Below, in pieces: positions 10,572 through 19,139 of a stretch of DNA of 46,729 nt. The DNA lies in contig JBFLZG010000003.1 of NCBI GenBank assembly GCA_040756235.1, positions 1 through 46,729 of the forward strand, given 5' to 3'. This DNA is from a bacterium (GTDB taxonomy: Bacteria > Desulfobacterota > DSWW01). Made by a program: the position numbers and the translations under genes. Under the pieces are notes generated by a model. That model saw only the letters and a program-made list of their open reading frames with translations. It did not search any database and was not told the origin of the DNA. Every line of letters begins with the position of its first letter. Within the stretch, counting starts at the first letter, position 1.

Positions 10572-10883
10572 GGTACGTCCTGCTGGCTACGTGCGATGAA
10601 GTGAGCCGGGTCGGGAGCCTCGAACAACTCTTTTCTACCACGGACCGCACTGCAGTTTCCAGATCTCGGGGCTACCGCCTAGAGGGGTCAGACGAATTTC
10701 CCCTGGCACGGACCGCAACGCCAGCCGAAATCGCTGAGCCGGCGCACGTGGAAGATAATGGATGGCGATACCGCCCAACTGAGTCGCTCCTTACGGCGAC
10801 CCCGGGCGCTTTGACATTCGTCGTGAATTGCGATAGGAGTTGCTTGTTTCCGGTACTAGAGTGATCTTTCAAATCCAGCGAGT

Positions 10884-10978
10884 CTCTCCGATCCTCTTTG
10901 CCTAAAGCGATGCGCCATGGCGGGAGGACATTGAGTACGGCGAGAAATGGCCGTGCTTCCCGTGCTAGGAAAGGAGAG
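10884..10978 (+). promoter_or_regulatory. Moco/Wco riboswitch-like RNA #1 (no P3), upstream of AOR
   Basis: CTCTCCGA...CCTAAA/CATGG tetraloop receptor...GAAA-loop hairpin...TCCCGTGCTAGGAAAGGAGAG. The 3' end matches the Moco RNA motif (E. coli moaA leader CTCCCGTATTTGGAAAGG). Confidence 0.85.
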
Positions 10979-10983
10979 GGCGT

Positions 10984-11014
10984 AAGCCGATCTGCACTCA
11001 CGGGTCGGCTTTTT
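10984..11014 (+). terminator. intrinsic terminator 1 in the AOR leader
   Basis: AAGCCGATC...GGTCGGCTT stem followed by a T-run. Confidence 0.7.
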
Positions 11015-11026
11015 CTGTGTCTGTCC

Positions 11027-11055
11027 GCCAGCACGGTTCGTGCTGGCTTTTTTTT
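11027..11055 (+). terminator. intrinsic terminator 2 in the AOR leader
   Basis: GCCAGCACG/CGTGCTGGC stem plus T8, 20 nt before the AOR ATG. Confidence 0.75.
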
Positions 11056-11075
11056 GCTCGCGGACAGGAGGCGCG

Positions 11076-13076
11076 ATGAGCTGCGGGTACATGGGGAAGA
11101 TCCTGTGGGTGGACCTGACCTTGGGGGAGGTGCGGGAAGAGAAGATCGAGAAGGGGATCTATGAACGGTATCTGACCGGCGTCGGTCTTGCCGCCCGGAT
11201 GCTCTACGACCGGATCCCGGCAGGGGCGGACCCGCTGGGGCCTGAAAACGTCCTGGCCTTCACTTCGGGCATTCTGTGCGGGACCGGCGCATTCTTTATG
11301 GGCCGCTGGATGGTCGCAGGCAAATCTCCCCTTACCGGCGGATGGGGCGACGCCAACTGCGGCGGGACGCTGGGCCCGGCGATCAAGCGCTGCGGCTACG
11401 ACGCGATTTTCTTTGCGGGAATCAGCCCCGGGCCGGTGTATCTGAGGGTCGTCCACCGCAAGGCGGATCTGGTCGACGCGTCGCATCTCTGGGGGATGGA
11501 CGCCTTGGAGGCGGAAACACAAATCCAGAAAGAGGTGGCCGATCCCAGGACCCGGGTGGCCGTGATCGGTCCGGCCGGTGAGAAGCTGTCCCTGATCGCC
11601 GGCGTCGTCAACGCCAGGGGGCGGCTCGCAGCACGCTCGGGGCTGGGTGCGGTGATGGGGAGCAAGAAGCTCAAAGGCGTTGCGCTGGCGGGCCGCGACC
11701 CCATTCGCGCGCACGATCCGGGCCGGGTGGCCGCGGCGTCCAGGAAGCTCGTGGAATTCCTGGACCGCTCCCAGGTGGCCAAGGGCGCGTTCTCTGGCAA
11801 AGGGCTCAATCTGATGGGGAGGATGCTGCGCCGATCCCCTGTGGCCCTCGGCATGACCGGAGACATGGCCAACATCGTCATGAGCAAGTTCGGCTCCATC
11901 GCCACGAACGTGCTCTCGTCGGAGACCGGGGACTCCCCGGTGAAGAACTGGAAGGGCGTGGGATTTACGGACTTCCCGATTGCCACGCACGCGGACCGTC
12001 TCAATCCTCAGAAGATCGTCGATTTCGAGCAAACGAAATATCACTGCTATTCGTGTCCCGTGGGTTGCGGCGGCGTGCTGAAGGTGGATCGGGGCAAGCA
12101 CAAGCTCGAGGAGACCCACAAACCCGAGTACGAGACGTGCTGCGCCTTCGGGGCTCTTATTCTCAACAACGATCTGGACACCGTCTTCTATCTCAATGAT
12201 CTGCTCAACCGGGCCGGCATGGACACCATTTCCGCAGGGGCTACCGTGGCCTTTGCCATCGAATGCCTGGAGCAGAACGGGATCGGCAGGAGCGACGTGG
12301 ACGGGCTGGATCTGCACTGGGGGAATTCCGAGGCGGTCATCGAGTTCGTGAAGAAGATGATTTCCCGGGAGGGATGCGGCGACCTGTTCGCGGATGGATG
12401 CAAGAAGGCGGCTCAGAGGATCGGCAAGGGGTCAGGAAAGATCGCCATGCACGCGGGAGGGCAGGAGCTGCCGATGCACGACAGCCGTTTCGATCCCGGC
12501 TTCGCCGTCTCGTATGCGCTGGAGCCGACGCCGGGCCGCCATACGAACCACGGGTACCAGTGGCTCGACCTGTTCGCCCTGCATCGGCTCTTCAAGGGGC
12601 TGCCCAGCCCGCCGGCGATCAGTGCGGTGAAGAGCAAGTACGACCCGAAAGGCAAGTGGATCCTGCAGGTCGCGGCGTCCAAGTACATGCAGCTCGTCAA
12701 CGCGGTGGGCGGCTGCCTCTTCGGCGTGCAGATGGGCGGCAACCTGCCGATCCCGACCTACCTGAACGCGGCACTGGGCTGGAGTCACGAGCCCGAACAT
12801 TACCTGAAGATCGGCGAGCGGATCCAGAACCTGCGGCAGGCGTTCAATTTCAAGCACGGCGTGGTGGTCCGACGCGATTTCGCCCTGCCGGAACGGGCCT
12901 GGGGCAAGCCGCCGCTGGAGAAGGGACCGATGAAAGGCGTAACTCTGCCCATCGATCGCCTGTACGCGGATTTCCTGGCCGGCATGGGGTGGACTGCGGA
13001 GGAGGCCAAGCCGACCCGCAAGAAGCTGGAAGAGCTGGAGCTGACCGAAGTCATCGAGGACCTCTATCCCAAATGA
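11076..13076 (+). CDS. aor: tungsten-type aldehyde:ferredoxin oxidoreductase family protein
   Basis: GYMGKILWVDL, KSPLTGGWG, IGPAGE, GRLAARSGLGAVMGSKKLK, CYSCPVGC, PEYET, GMDTISAG; ATG follows AGGAGG. Confidence 0.92.
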   Translation: MSCGYMGKILWVDLTLGEVREEKIEKGIYERYLTGVGLAARMLYDRIPAGADPLGPENVLAFTSGILCGTGAFFMGRWMVAGKSPLTGGWGDANCGGTLGPAIKRCGYDAIFFAGISPGPVYLRVVHRKADLVDASHLWGMDALEAETQIQKEVADPRTRVAVIGPAGEKLSLIAGVVNARGRLAARSGLGAVMGSKKLKGVALAGRDPIRAHDPGRVAAASRKLVEFLDRSQVAKGAFSGKGLNLMGRMLRRSPVALGMTGDMANIVMSKFGSIATNVLSSETGDSPVKNWKGVGFTDFPIATHADRLNPQKIVDFEQTKYHCYSCPVGCGGVLKVDRGKHKLEETHKPEYETCCAFGALILNNDLDTVFYLNDLLNRAGMDTISAGATVAFAIECLEQNGIGRSDVDGLDLHWGNSEAVIEFVKKMISREGCGDLFADGCKKAAQRIGKGSGKIAMHAGGQELPMHDSRFDPGFAVSYALEPTPGRHTNHGYQWLDLFALHRLFKGLPSPPAISAVKSKYDPKGKWILQVAASKYMQLVNAVGGCLFGVQMGGNLPIPTYLNAALGWSHEPEHYLKIGERIQNLRQAFNFKHGVVVRRDFALPERAWGKPPLEKGPMKGVTLPIDRLYADFLAGMGWTAEEAKPTRKKLEELELTEVIEDLYPK

Positions 13077-13375
13077 GCCTTTTCGGGAAACAAGAGCGGA
13101 TCTGCGTGGAAGCCAAGGTCATGGGTGTCTTGGGCGGCAATTACGTCTCCGTCGTGACGGCTCTGTCGCTTGCGCGCGGAGCCACCGTGAAGACCATGCT
13201 GAAGGCGCTGCTCGAAGGAGGTCACGTGGACGAGACCACCTATGCGGCCGTCAAGTCACTCAAGCCGCCCCTGCGGATCCTGATCAACGGGGAAGACGCC
13301 ACGGGGCGGGGCAGACGGGCCGGCCTTGCGCACGGCGATACCGTTTCCATCTTTACGCCGTTGGCCGGAGGCTGA
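13073..13375 (+). CDS. MoaD/ThiS family sulfur carrier
   Basis: ATGA overlap with the AOR stop; ILING...L.HGDTVSIF.PLAGG with C-terminal Gly-Gly. Confidence 0.85.
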   Translation: MSLFGKQERICVEAKVMGVLGGNYVSVVTALSLARGATVKTMLKALLEGGHVDETTYAAVKSLKPPLRILINGEDATGRGRRAGLAHGDTVSIFTPLAGG

Positions 13376-13379
13376 TGGC

Positions 13380-13796
13380 GTGGCACATTTCCTAACGGAC
13401 CGCTGCACCGGTTGCACGGCATGCGCTCAGACCTGCCCCACTGCGGCGATCTCGGGCATCAGGAAGGAGCGGCACGTCATCCAGGCCGACTACTGCGTCG
13501 ATTGCGGTACCTGCGGGAGGATCTGCCCTTACGGGGCGGTGCAGGATGAAGTCGGCAGAATCTGTGCCCGGGTCAAGCGCTCCGCTTGGCTCAAGCCCAA
13601 GGCGGTCGGCAGACGATGCGTTTCCTGCAACCAGTGCGCGGAGGCCTGCCCGTTCCAGTGTCTGGAAATGCAGATCACGCCCGCGTCCAGGGAAAAGCGG
13701 CCTCTTCCGGTTCTTGCCAGGCCCAAAGCCTGCGTGGGGTGCGGCCAGTGCGTTCTGGCCTGCCCCTTGGACTACCTGAGGCTGGGGGGTGCGTGA
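13380..13796 (+). CDS. polyferredoxin (4x CxxCxxCxxxCP)
   Basis: CTGCTACAQTCP, CVDCGTCGRICP, CVSCNQCAEACP and CVGCGQCVLACP; GTG start follows GGAGG. Confidence 0.88.
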   Translation: MAHFLTDRCTGCTACAQTCPTAAISGIRKERHVIQADYCVDCGTCGRICPYGAVQDEVGRICARVKRSAWLKPKAVGRRCVSCNQCAEACPFQCLEMQITPASREKRPLPVLARPKACVGCGQCVLACPLDYLRLGGA

Positions 13797-13873
13797 GCGT
13801 TCGATTCGCCGCGGGTCTGTCGGTAAAAGGACGCCCGCCGTGGATGCCAGGGCGAGATCTACGCCGGGCCTGA

Positions 13874-14977
13874 TCATCCCCAGTGGGATTGCCCGTTCCG
13901 GTCGTTCCAAGACGCCTGCGCCCTGGACCGCAGGAGGATCAGCTCTGCGACGATGCTGACCGCGATCTCTTCCGGGCCCTCGGCCCCGATTGGGAGGCCG
14001 ATGGGGCAGTGAACCCGCTCGAGGTCCTCCCGCCTGAATCCCGAGCGGATCAAGGCTTCGTAAAGGGTGTCCCGCTTCCGCCGGCTTCCCATCATGCCGA
14101 TGTAGCCGGCTCGGGTCCTGAGGGCCTGCTCCAGCACCGTTCGGTCATGGCTGTGTCCTCGTGTTGCGATGATGACGTAGCTGTCCCGGCCGACCTCCAG
14201 CCCCGAGAAAGCCTGTTCGAAAGAGTCGAGGACGATCACTTCCTCGGCTGCGGGGAATCGTTCTCGGTTGGCGAACTCCGACCGGTCGTCGATCACGACG
14301 GTTCGAAAACCGACCCGCTCCGTGAGAAAGGACACTTGCTGGGATACGTGCCCTGCTCCGAAGAGGAGGACCGTGCCGGGGAGGGCACATGGCTCCACGA
14401 AGAAGCGGTGGCCATCGAGGATTTGCAGAAAAGGGGTGCTCTCCTTTTTCGCCCTGTTCCGGATCTCCTCCATCCAGTGCGCAGGATAGGGGAAGTCGGG
14501 CAAGAACGCTTGCCCTGCCGCGATCAGGAAGAGCCGCATGTTTCCAGGGCCGGCGCCGGCTGCCCCGAGATCGGTCACCAGCAGGCACCGGCGGCGTTCC
14601 TTCAGGTGGACCTGCAAGTTACGGAACAGGGCCAGGTTGGGTTCGTGCGCATCGATGGGGCCGATGAGAACCTCCAGGCGGCCCCCGCAGACGAGGTCTG
14701 TAGAGCTTTCCAAAGATCCGGCGAGCTCGAACCCGCTCAGCCTGGCATCGGACCCGCCGAAGACCTCCATGGCGGCTCGAATGACTTCCGCCTCCACCCA
14801 TCCTCCGCCGATCGTCCCGATGATGCTTCCGTCCGAGCGGACAACCATCTTGGCCCCCGCGGTCCTGGGTGTCGACCCTGCATGGCTCAGGATCGTGGCC
14901 AGAACGAAACCTTCTCCATGTTCAAGGAGGCTGCACATGTCCGAGATCAGCTCATACATGTTATGCATCGGCTCCAT
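13874..14977 (-). CDS. xdhC: XdhC family aldehyde oxidoreductase maturation factor
   Basis: GSTPRTAGAKM, GTIGGG, CGG, FGAGHVS, TRGH, YIGMMGS, PIGLPIGAE.PEEIAVSI. Start may instead be 14968 or 14959. Confidence 0.9.
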   Translation of the reverse strand: MEPMHNMYELISDMCSLLEHGEGFVLATILSHAGSTPRTAGAKMVVRSDGSIIGTIGGGWVEAEVIRAAMEVFGGSDARLSGFELAGSLESSTDLVCGGRLEVLIGPIDAHEPNLALFRNLQVHLKERRRCLLVTDLGAAGAGPGNMRLFLIAAGQAFLPDFPYPAHWMEEIRNRAKKESTPFLQILDGHRFFVEPCALPGTVLLFGAGHVSQQVSFLTERVGFRTVVIDDRSEFANRERFPAAEEVIVLDSFEQAFSGLEVGRDSYVIIATRGHSHDRTVLEQALRTRAGYIGMMGSRRKRDTLYEALIRSGFRREDLERVHCPIGLPIGAEGPEEIAVSIVAELILLRSRAQASWNDRNGQSHWG

Positions 14978-16313
14978 TCCCTTGTCTTTCGTCCAGGATC
15001 CTTCTTTTGGCCATGGCGGCGCACAACAAGGGGTCCCGCGCGAGTCTCGGCCTGGAGAGGATCAGAGAGTCCTCGAGAATCGCTCGCCGGATTGCCGGGA
15101 TTGCGGTCAACCTGGGCAGGATCTCTCCCGCAGCAGTGTGCGTCCGGTCCTCGGCCACCCGGAGGGTCAGGGTGAGCACGTTGCGGACCCCGTCCCTCGT
15201 GACGACAGCCTCGAAATCCAGGAGACCATCCACTGGAAACAAGGCCTCGTCCAGCGCGGCCATGTCGATCGTGAGATCCTGTCGGCCGATGGTCACCCCT
15301 CCTTCGAGCCTCCCCCGGACGCAGTGCAGACCCTTGAGGACCGTCCCGCACGGGCAGGGCTTCGGCAGGAACCGGGACATGTCCCCGGTCCTATACCGGA
15401 CGAGCGGCATGCCGGTCCGGGTCAGGGTCGTGAATACGATCTCCCCGTGCTCCCCCTCCGGCCGGGCAAGACCCGTGGCCGGGTCGACGATCTCGAAATA
15501 CAGGTCAGCCTCCCGCAGGTGATACCCCTTCCCGGCGTCGCAGTCGACCCCGCCTCCGAGCCCCATCTCCGTCATCCCGTAATGGCTGAAAACCCGGCAA
15601 CTCCAGACGCGCCGCAGTTCGCGCACGATCGCGGTGGGAACATAGTCCGAGCACAGCAGGACGCTCCGGATCCTGTCCATGCCCGCTTCTCGTGCCTGCG
15701 GATGTCTCGCCAGGGCAAGCACCTGCGTGGGCAGGCCCACCAGGCAGTCGATGCCCAGGCGGCGGATCTCGGAGATCGTGCCCGCCGGATCCGCGACCGG
15801 GCCGTGCACGAGACCTTCCACCCGCATCCGCTCGAGCGCCTTCACCAAGAGGTCTCCCACGCTCCCGGGCCGCTCGCCCGGCATGAGGACCAGCACGCGC
15901 TGGCCGGCTTCCACCAGCGTTGACATGCCGTGGTGAAAGAAATCCAGAGTCAGCTCCAGGTCGGACTCCGTAAAGAAGATCCTCTTGGATGCTGCCGTGG
16001 TCCCTGAGCTCTGCAAAGTGACGACGCGTGCGATCTCGTCCTGGGACACGCAGAGCATCCGCGGGCCCTGCTCCCGCAGGTCCGCAGCGGTGGTGAAGGG
16101 AAAGCGTTCGAGGTCTGCGAGCGTGCGGAGATCGTCTGCCGAAAATCCCGCGAGCCGCTCCCGGTAGAAAGGGCTGTGTGATACGACTCTGTCCACGACC
16201 TCGCGCAGCTTTCCCTCCTGGTAGCGCGAGATTTCCTGCCGTCCGAAGCCAGCGGGCGGGGCGCCGCAGGCGATTCTTTCCCGGATCCAGCCTTCGAGGG
16301 GAGTACGCCGCAT
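14961..16313 (-). CDS. AMP-dependent CoA ligase (PaaK-like, DVU_1553 family)
   Basis: QSSGTT, HYGMTE, PLVRYRTGD and CPCG motifs; position in the Mop cluster. Confidence 0.85.
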   Translation of the reverse strand: MRRTPLEGWIRERIACGAPPAGFGRQEISRYQEGKLREVVDRVVSHSPFYRERLAGFSADDLRTLADLERFPFTTAADLREQGPRMLCVSQDEIARVVTLQSSGTTAASKRIFFTESDLELTLDFFHHGMSTLVEAGQRVLVLMPGERPGSVGDLLVKALERMRVEGLVHGPVADPAGTISEIRRLGIDCLVGLPTQVLALARHPQAREAGMDRIRSVLLCSDYVPTAIVRELRRVWSCRVFSHYGMTEMGLGGGVDCDAGKGYHLREADLYFEIVDPATGLARPEGEHGEIVFTTLTRTGMPLVRYRTGDMSRFLPKPCPCGTVLKGLHCVRGRLEGGVTIGRQDLTIDMAALDEALFPVDGLLDFEAVVTRDGVRNVLTLTLRVAEDRTHTAAGEILPRLTAIPAIRRAILEDSLILSRPRLARDPLLCAAMAKRRILDERQGNGADA

Positions 16314-16316
16314 GGA

Positions 16317-17714
16317 TCAGGCCTCTCTCGGGTACAGGGAGACGCCGCAGCTGCTCGTCAGGTTGAAGGCGCAGAAAGGGATCAGACGGCCCCCGGGCCT
16401 GGCCACGTGGATGCAGCAGCTGCGGAGCCGCTCGAGATCCAGGGTCCACGCGTCCTGAAAAGCCATCCCGGACAACGCGAAGGTATGGGTGCGGGCACGG
16501 TCCAGGAACCGGTCCAGCTCGTCCTGGCCGGATGGTCTCTCGTGGGAGAGCTTCGTGCAGCAGCAGGCCGGTGCGGCGGCTGCAGGAGACCCGGACCATT
16601 GCCGGGCAACGGCCGCCACGGACCGCTTCGATCCTTCCTCCGCGTCGAGCGGCTCCTCACACTCGGGGCCCTCGTGCGGTGCGCCGATGGGGATCAGGCT
16701 GCCGTCCGGCATGTGCACAAAATGGCGGTGAAAGGAGCACAGGGCGTGCTCGCATGCGGGCGGCCCGAAAGCGGCCGCTTTGAAGACGCCCGCAGTCTGG
16801 CGTTCCACAGTGGTCATGATCTCCGGCAGCGTGATGCGGTCCTCGTTACAAGGGGATGCGGAATACCGGCCGAAGTAGCTCACCGGTTGGAAATGCACCC
16901 CCCGAACCACGGGGATGCGATCCAGAGCGAACCGCACGATTGCGCCGAGGTTTTCATCATTGATCCGAGGCACGACCGTGGGCACCAGCACGACCCCCAG
17001 GCCGGCCTCCCGGCACTGTTCGATCGCCATCTCTTTTTCTTGGAGGAGCGACCGCCCCCGCAGAAACCGGTAGATCGCATCGTCCGTACCGTCGAACTGG
17101 AGGAAAACGGACGAAAGACCGGCCTCTTTGAGGGTCTGCGCGTAGTTCCTGGAACGGGCAAGCCGGATGCCGTTGGTATTGAGCTGGACGAACGAGAACC
17201 CGACGCGGCGGGCTCCTTCCACCAGGGCCGGCAGGTCGTCCCGCAGGGTGGGCTCGCCGCCGGAGAGCTGGATGTTGCACTCCCCACGGCTGTCCATGAG
17301 ACGCCGGTATTCTTCCGTGAGGGAGCGCACGCTGGGCTCCGCAGGGAGGCGCGGCCCGGAGAGGGCGAAGCAGACCCGGCAGCCGAGATCGCAGCGGCCG
17401 GTGACTTCGAACAGGGCCGTGCAGGTCTGCTGCCTGTGCTCGACGCACAGGCCGCAGTCGAAGGGACAGCCCTTCGCCACCTCTGTGAAATGGGGGGGAG
17501 GCCGGAGTGGGACTTTGGACCGAATCCACTCTTCGTAAGCCGGCAGACCGCGCCAGATGACGGTCCGGACCTCTCCGTGGAGGCCGCAGCCTTTGGACAG
17601 GTAGACGTCTTCGCCGCAGCGGACGACGCTGGCCGGCACCCTGGCAAGACAGGTCGGGCACAGGCTCTCGGTCAGGGAAAGAACGCGCGCGCCGTCCTCA
17701 GTCGCTCTGGTCAT
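16317..17714 (-). CDS. trsS: radical SAM protein TrsS-like (Cys form, no in-frame UGA)
   Basis: N-terminal CPTC and CPFDCGLC.EH; CDLGCRVC (CxxxCxxC); SGGEPT; C-terminal FQDAWTLDLERL..CCIH...IPFC.FN. Start is ATG 17714 or upstream. Confidence 0.8.
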   Translation of the reverse strand: MTRATEDGARVLSLTESLCPTCLARVPASVVRCGEDVYLSKGCGLHGEVRTVIWRGLPAYEEWIRSKVPLRPPPHFTEVAKGCPFDCGLCVEHRQQTCTALFEVTGRCDLGCRVCFALSGPRLPAEPSVRSLTEEYRRLMDSRGECNIQLSGGEPTLRDDLPALVEGARRVGFSFVQLNTNGIRLARSRNYAQTLKEAGLSSVFLQFDGTDDAIYRFLRGRSLLQEKEMAIEQCREAGLGVVLVPTVVPRINDENLGAIVRFALDRIPVVRGVHFQPVSYFGRYSASPCNEDRITLPEIMTTVERQTAGVFKAAAFGPPACEHALCSFHRHFVHMPDGSLIPIGAPHEGPECEEPLDAEEGSKRSVAAVARQWSGSPAAAAPACCCTKLSHERPSGQDELDRFLDRARTHTFALSGMAFQDAWTLDLERLRSCCIHVARPGGRLIPFCAFNLTSSCGVSLYPREA

Positions 17715-18165
17715 CCCGCCCCCGGGTCGCATCGATGCCGTGACTCGCAAGGATCTCCATGGCCTGCACGTAGGTTTCCGCGACCAGGTCGCCGCACCGG
17801 CCCGGGTCGGGTATGCCTCCTGCGTCCTCTCCCAGAATGGCGCCGCAGTTTACCTCACCGCGAGCGCCGCCGAAGCGGTCGCGGAACCAGTCCGTGAGCT
17901 CCTCGAGCATCACGGGCAGCCTTTCGTCCTTTTCCTCATCATCACGTCCTTTGCCTCCGTAGAGCGCGAGCAGGCAGGTCCCGCCGCTGAGCGCGCCGCA
18001 ACAGCCGGGTCCGCCGCCCATGCCCTGGCAGAGACCTCCGAGGGCTCGGATGAGATCCCGGTTTTGCTTCCCCTGCTCCTCCAGGGCCAGAATGAGCAGG
18101 ATCTGGCTGCAGCAATATCCTTTGGCCGCCAGTTGGAGCATCCGGAAAAGGTCGTCCGACGCCAT
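17698..18165 (-). CDS. C-GCAxxG-C-C family redox protein (DVU_1555-like)
   Basis: GYCCSQ, CCGALSGG, VNC..IL and RC..LV motifs; ATG 18165 overlaps the upstream stop. Confidence 0.85.
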   Translation of the reverse strand: MASDDLFRMLQLAAKGYCCSQILLILALEEQGKQNRDLIRALGGLCQGMGGGPGCCGALSGGTCLLALYGGKGRDDEEKDERLPVMLEELTDWFRDRFGGARGEVNCGAILGEDAGGIPDPGRCGDLVAETYVQAMEILASHGIDATRGRDDQSD

Positions 18166-18911
18166 CAGGACCTCTTCACCCCAATCAAGATATAGTATCC
18201 GAGCCGGAGGCGTGCCGTGTGCAGGCAGAGGGTGTCCGCATCGCACGCCGGGAACGCTCGGGTCCAGAACGCTCGCATGGATCCGTACGCAAACACTGCC
18301 TGCACCGCGAGCTCCTTGAGGGCGCTCGAGTGGTCCTCCCAGATCTCGACGGAAAAGCCGTTCCTTTCGAGGCGGCTCTCGATGGATGCACGCGACATGG
18401 CCCCCGAGACGCAGCAGGGTCCCGGCACCGAGCTCCCCCGCGAACCAGGCCCTGGTACGGGACCGCGGGAATACAAGTCCGCGACGAGCAGGCGGCCGCC
18501 GGGTAGAAGGGCGCGCCGCGCCTCCCGGAGGGCCCGCTCCGGGTCTGGAACGAGAGAGAGGACACACTCGAAGAACAGGGCAGCCAGCGTCTCGTCCTTA
18601 CAGGGGAGGGCCTCCGCCCGGCCGGCCGAAAGGGGCAACGCAGGGTAGCTTCTGCGGCCCTGCTGCACGAGCTTCCAGGCCGGATCGACCCCTGCTGCTC
18701 TGAGGCCATAGCGGGCCCGCAGAAGCTCCACCGTCGCACCCAGGCCGCAGCCCACGTCGAGGACCCGGGCTCCGGCCGGCAGGCCGCTTAAAGCGAGCGC
18801 CCGCTCCGTCAGCGAGAGGCCGCCGGGGCGCAACGTCGGGCCCGCGATCCCCCGAAGGGCCGGCAGCTCGTACAAGGGCAGCGGATAGCGATCGGGACCA
18901 TTTGCGCTCAT
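18165..18911 (-). CDS. class I SAM methyltransferase (DVU_1556-like)
   Basis: TLRPGG, VLDVGCGLG, ECVLS and PGG.L.VAD motifs. Confidence 0.85.
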   Translation of the reverse strand: MSANGPDRYPLPLYELPALRGIAGPTLRPGGLSLTERALALSGLPAGARVLDVGCGLGATVELLRARYGLRAAGVDPAWKLVQQGRRSYPALPLSAGRAEALPCKDETLAALFFECVLSLVPDPERALREARRALLPGGRLLVADLYSRGPVPGPGSRGSSVPGPCCVSGAMSRASIESRLERNGFSVEIWEDHSSALKELAVQAVFAYGSMRAFWTRAFPACDADTLCLHTARLRLGYYILIGVKRS

Positions 18912-18926
18912 CGGGGTCTCGGGTAG

Positions 18927-19139
18927 CTATTTGTCTTCAAGGATCTGTTCGGCTTCCGCCATCTTGCCGAGGGCGAGGGCCTCCGGGACGAGGACCAGCC
19001 CGCAGGAGCCGCACCTCGGCAAATTCGTCGTGAAGTGGCTCCCTCCATAGGCCAGGACGACCTTTCCTTCCGAGAGGGGAGCCCCGCATTTTCCGCAGAC
19101 CCAGGCCGCAGCCGTGGAACGGGCGTTCTCGTCTTTCAT
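18927..19139 (-). CDS. small CxxC...CxxC redox protein (DVU_1557-like)
   Basis: WVCGKC...LPRCGSCG...LALGKMAEAEQILEDK; ATG 19139 overlaps the upstream stop. Confidence 0.8.
   Translation of the reverse strand: MKDENARSTAAAWVCGKCGAPLSEGKVVLAYGGSHFTTNLPRCGSCGLVLVPEALALGKMAEAEQILEDK

Noticed and set aside
10627..10690. Possible eighth Moco RNA on the minus strand (CTGGAAACTG...CCGTGGTAGAAAAGAG)
   Set aside because: No receptor-bearing hairpin, and the GAAA stem pairs poorly. At most a remnant; cmsearch would be needed.
10704..10720. sigma54 promoter (TGGCACGGACCGCAA)
   Set aside because: The GG-to-GC spacing is 2 nt too short.
12263..13072. Long N-terminus on the MoaD ORF
   Set aside because: Alternative frame inside AOR; the real start is ATG 13073.
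16317..17750. Selenocysteine in the TrsS-like radical SAM protein
   Set aside because: The ORF is uninterrupted and ends after the conserved C-terminal motif; no Sec codon is evident.
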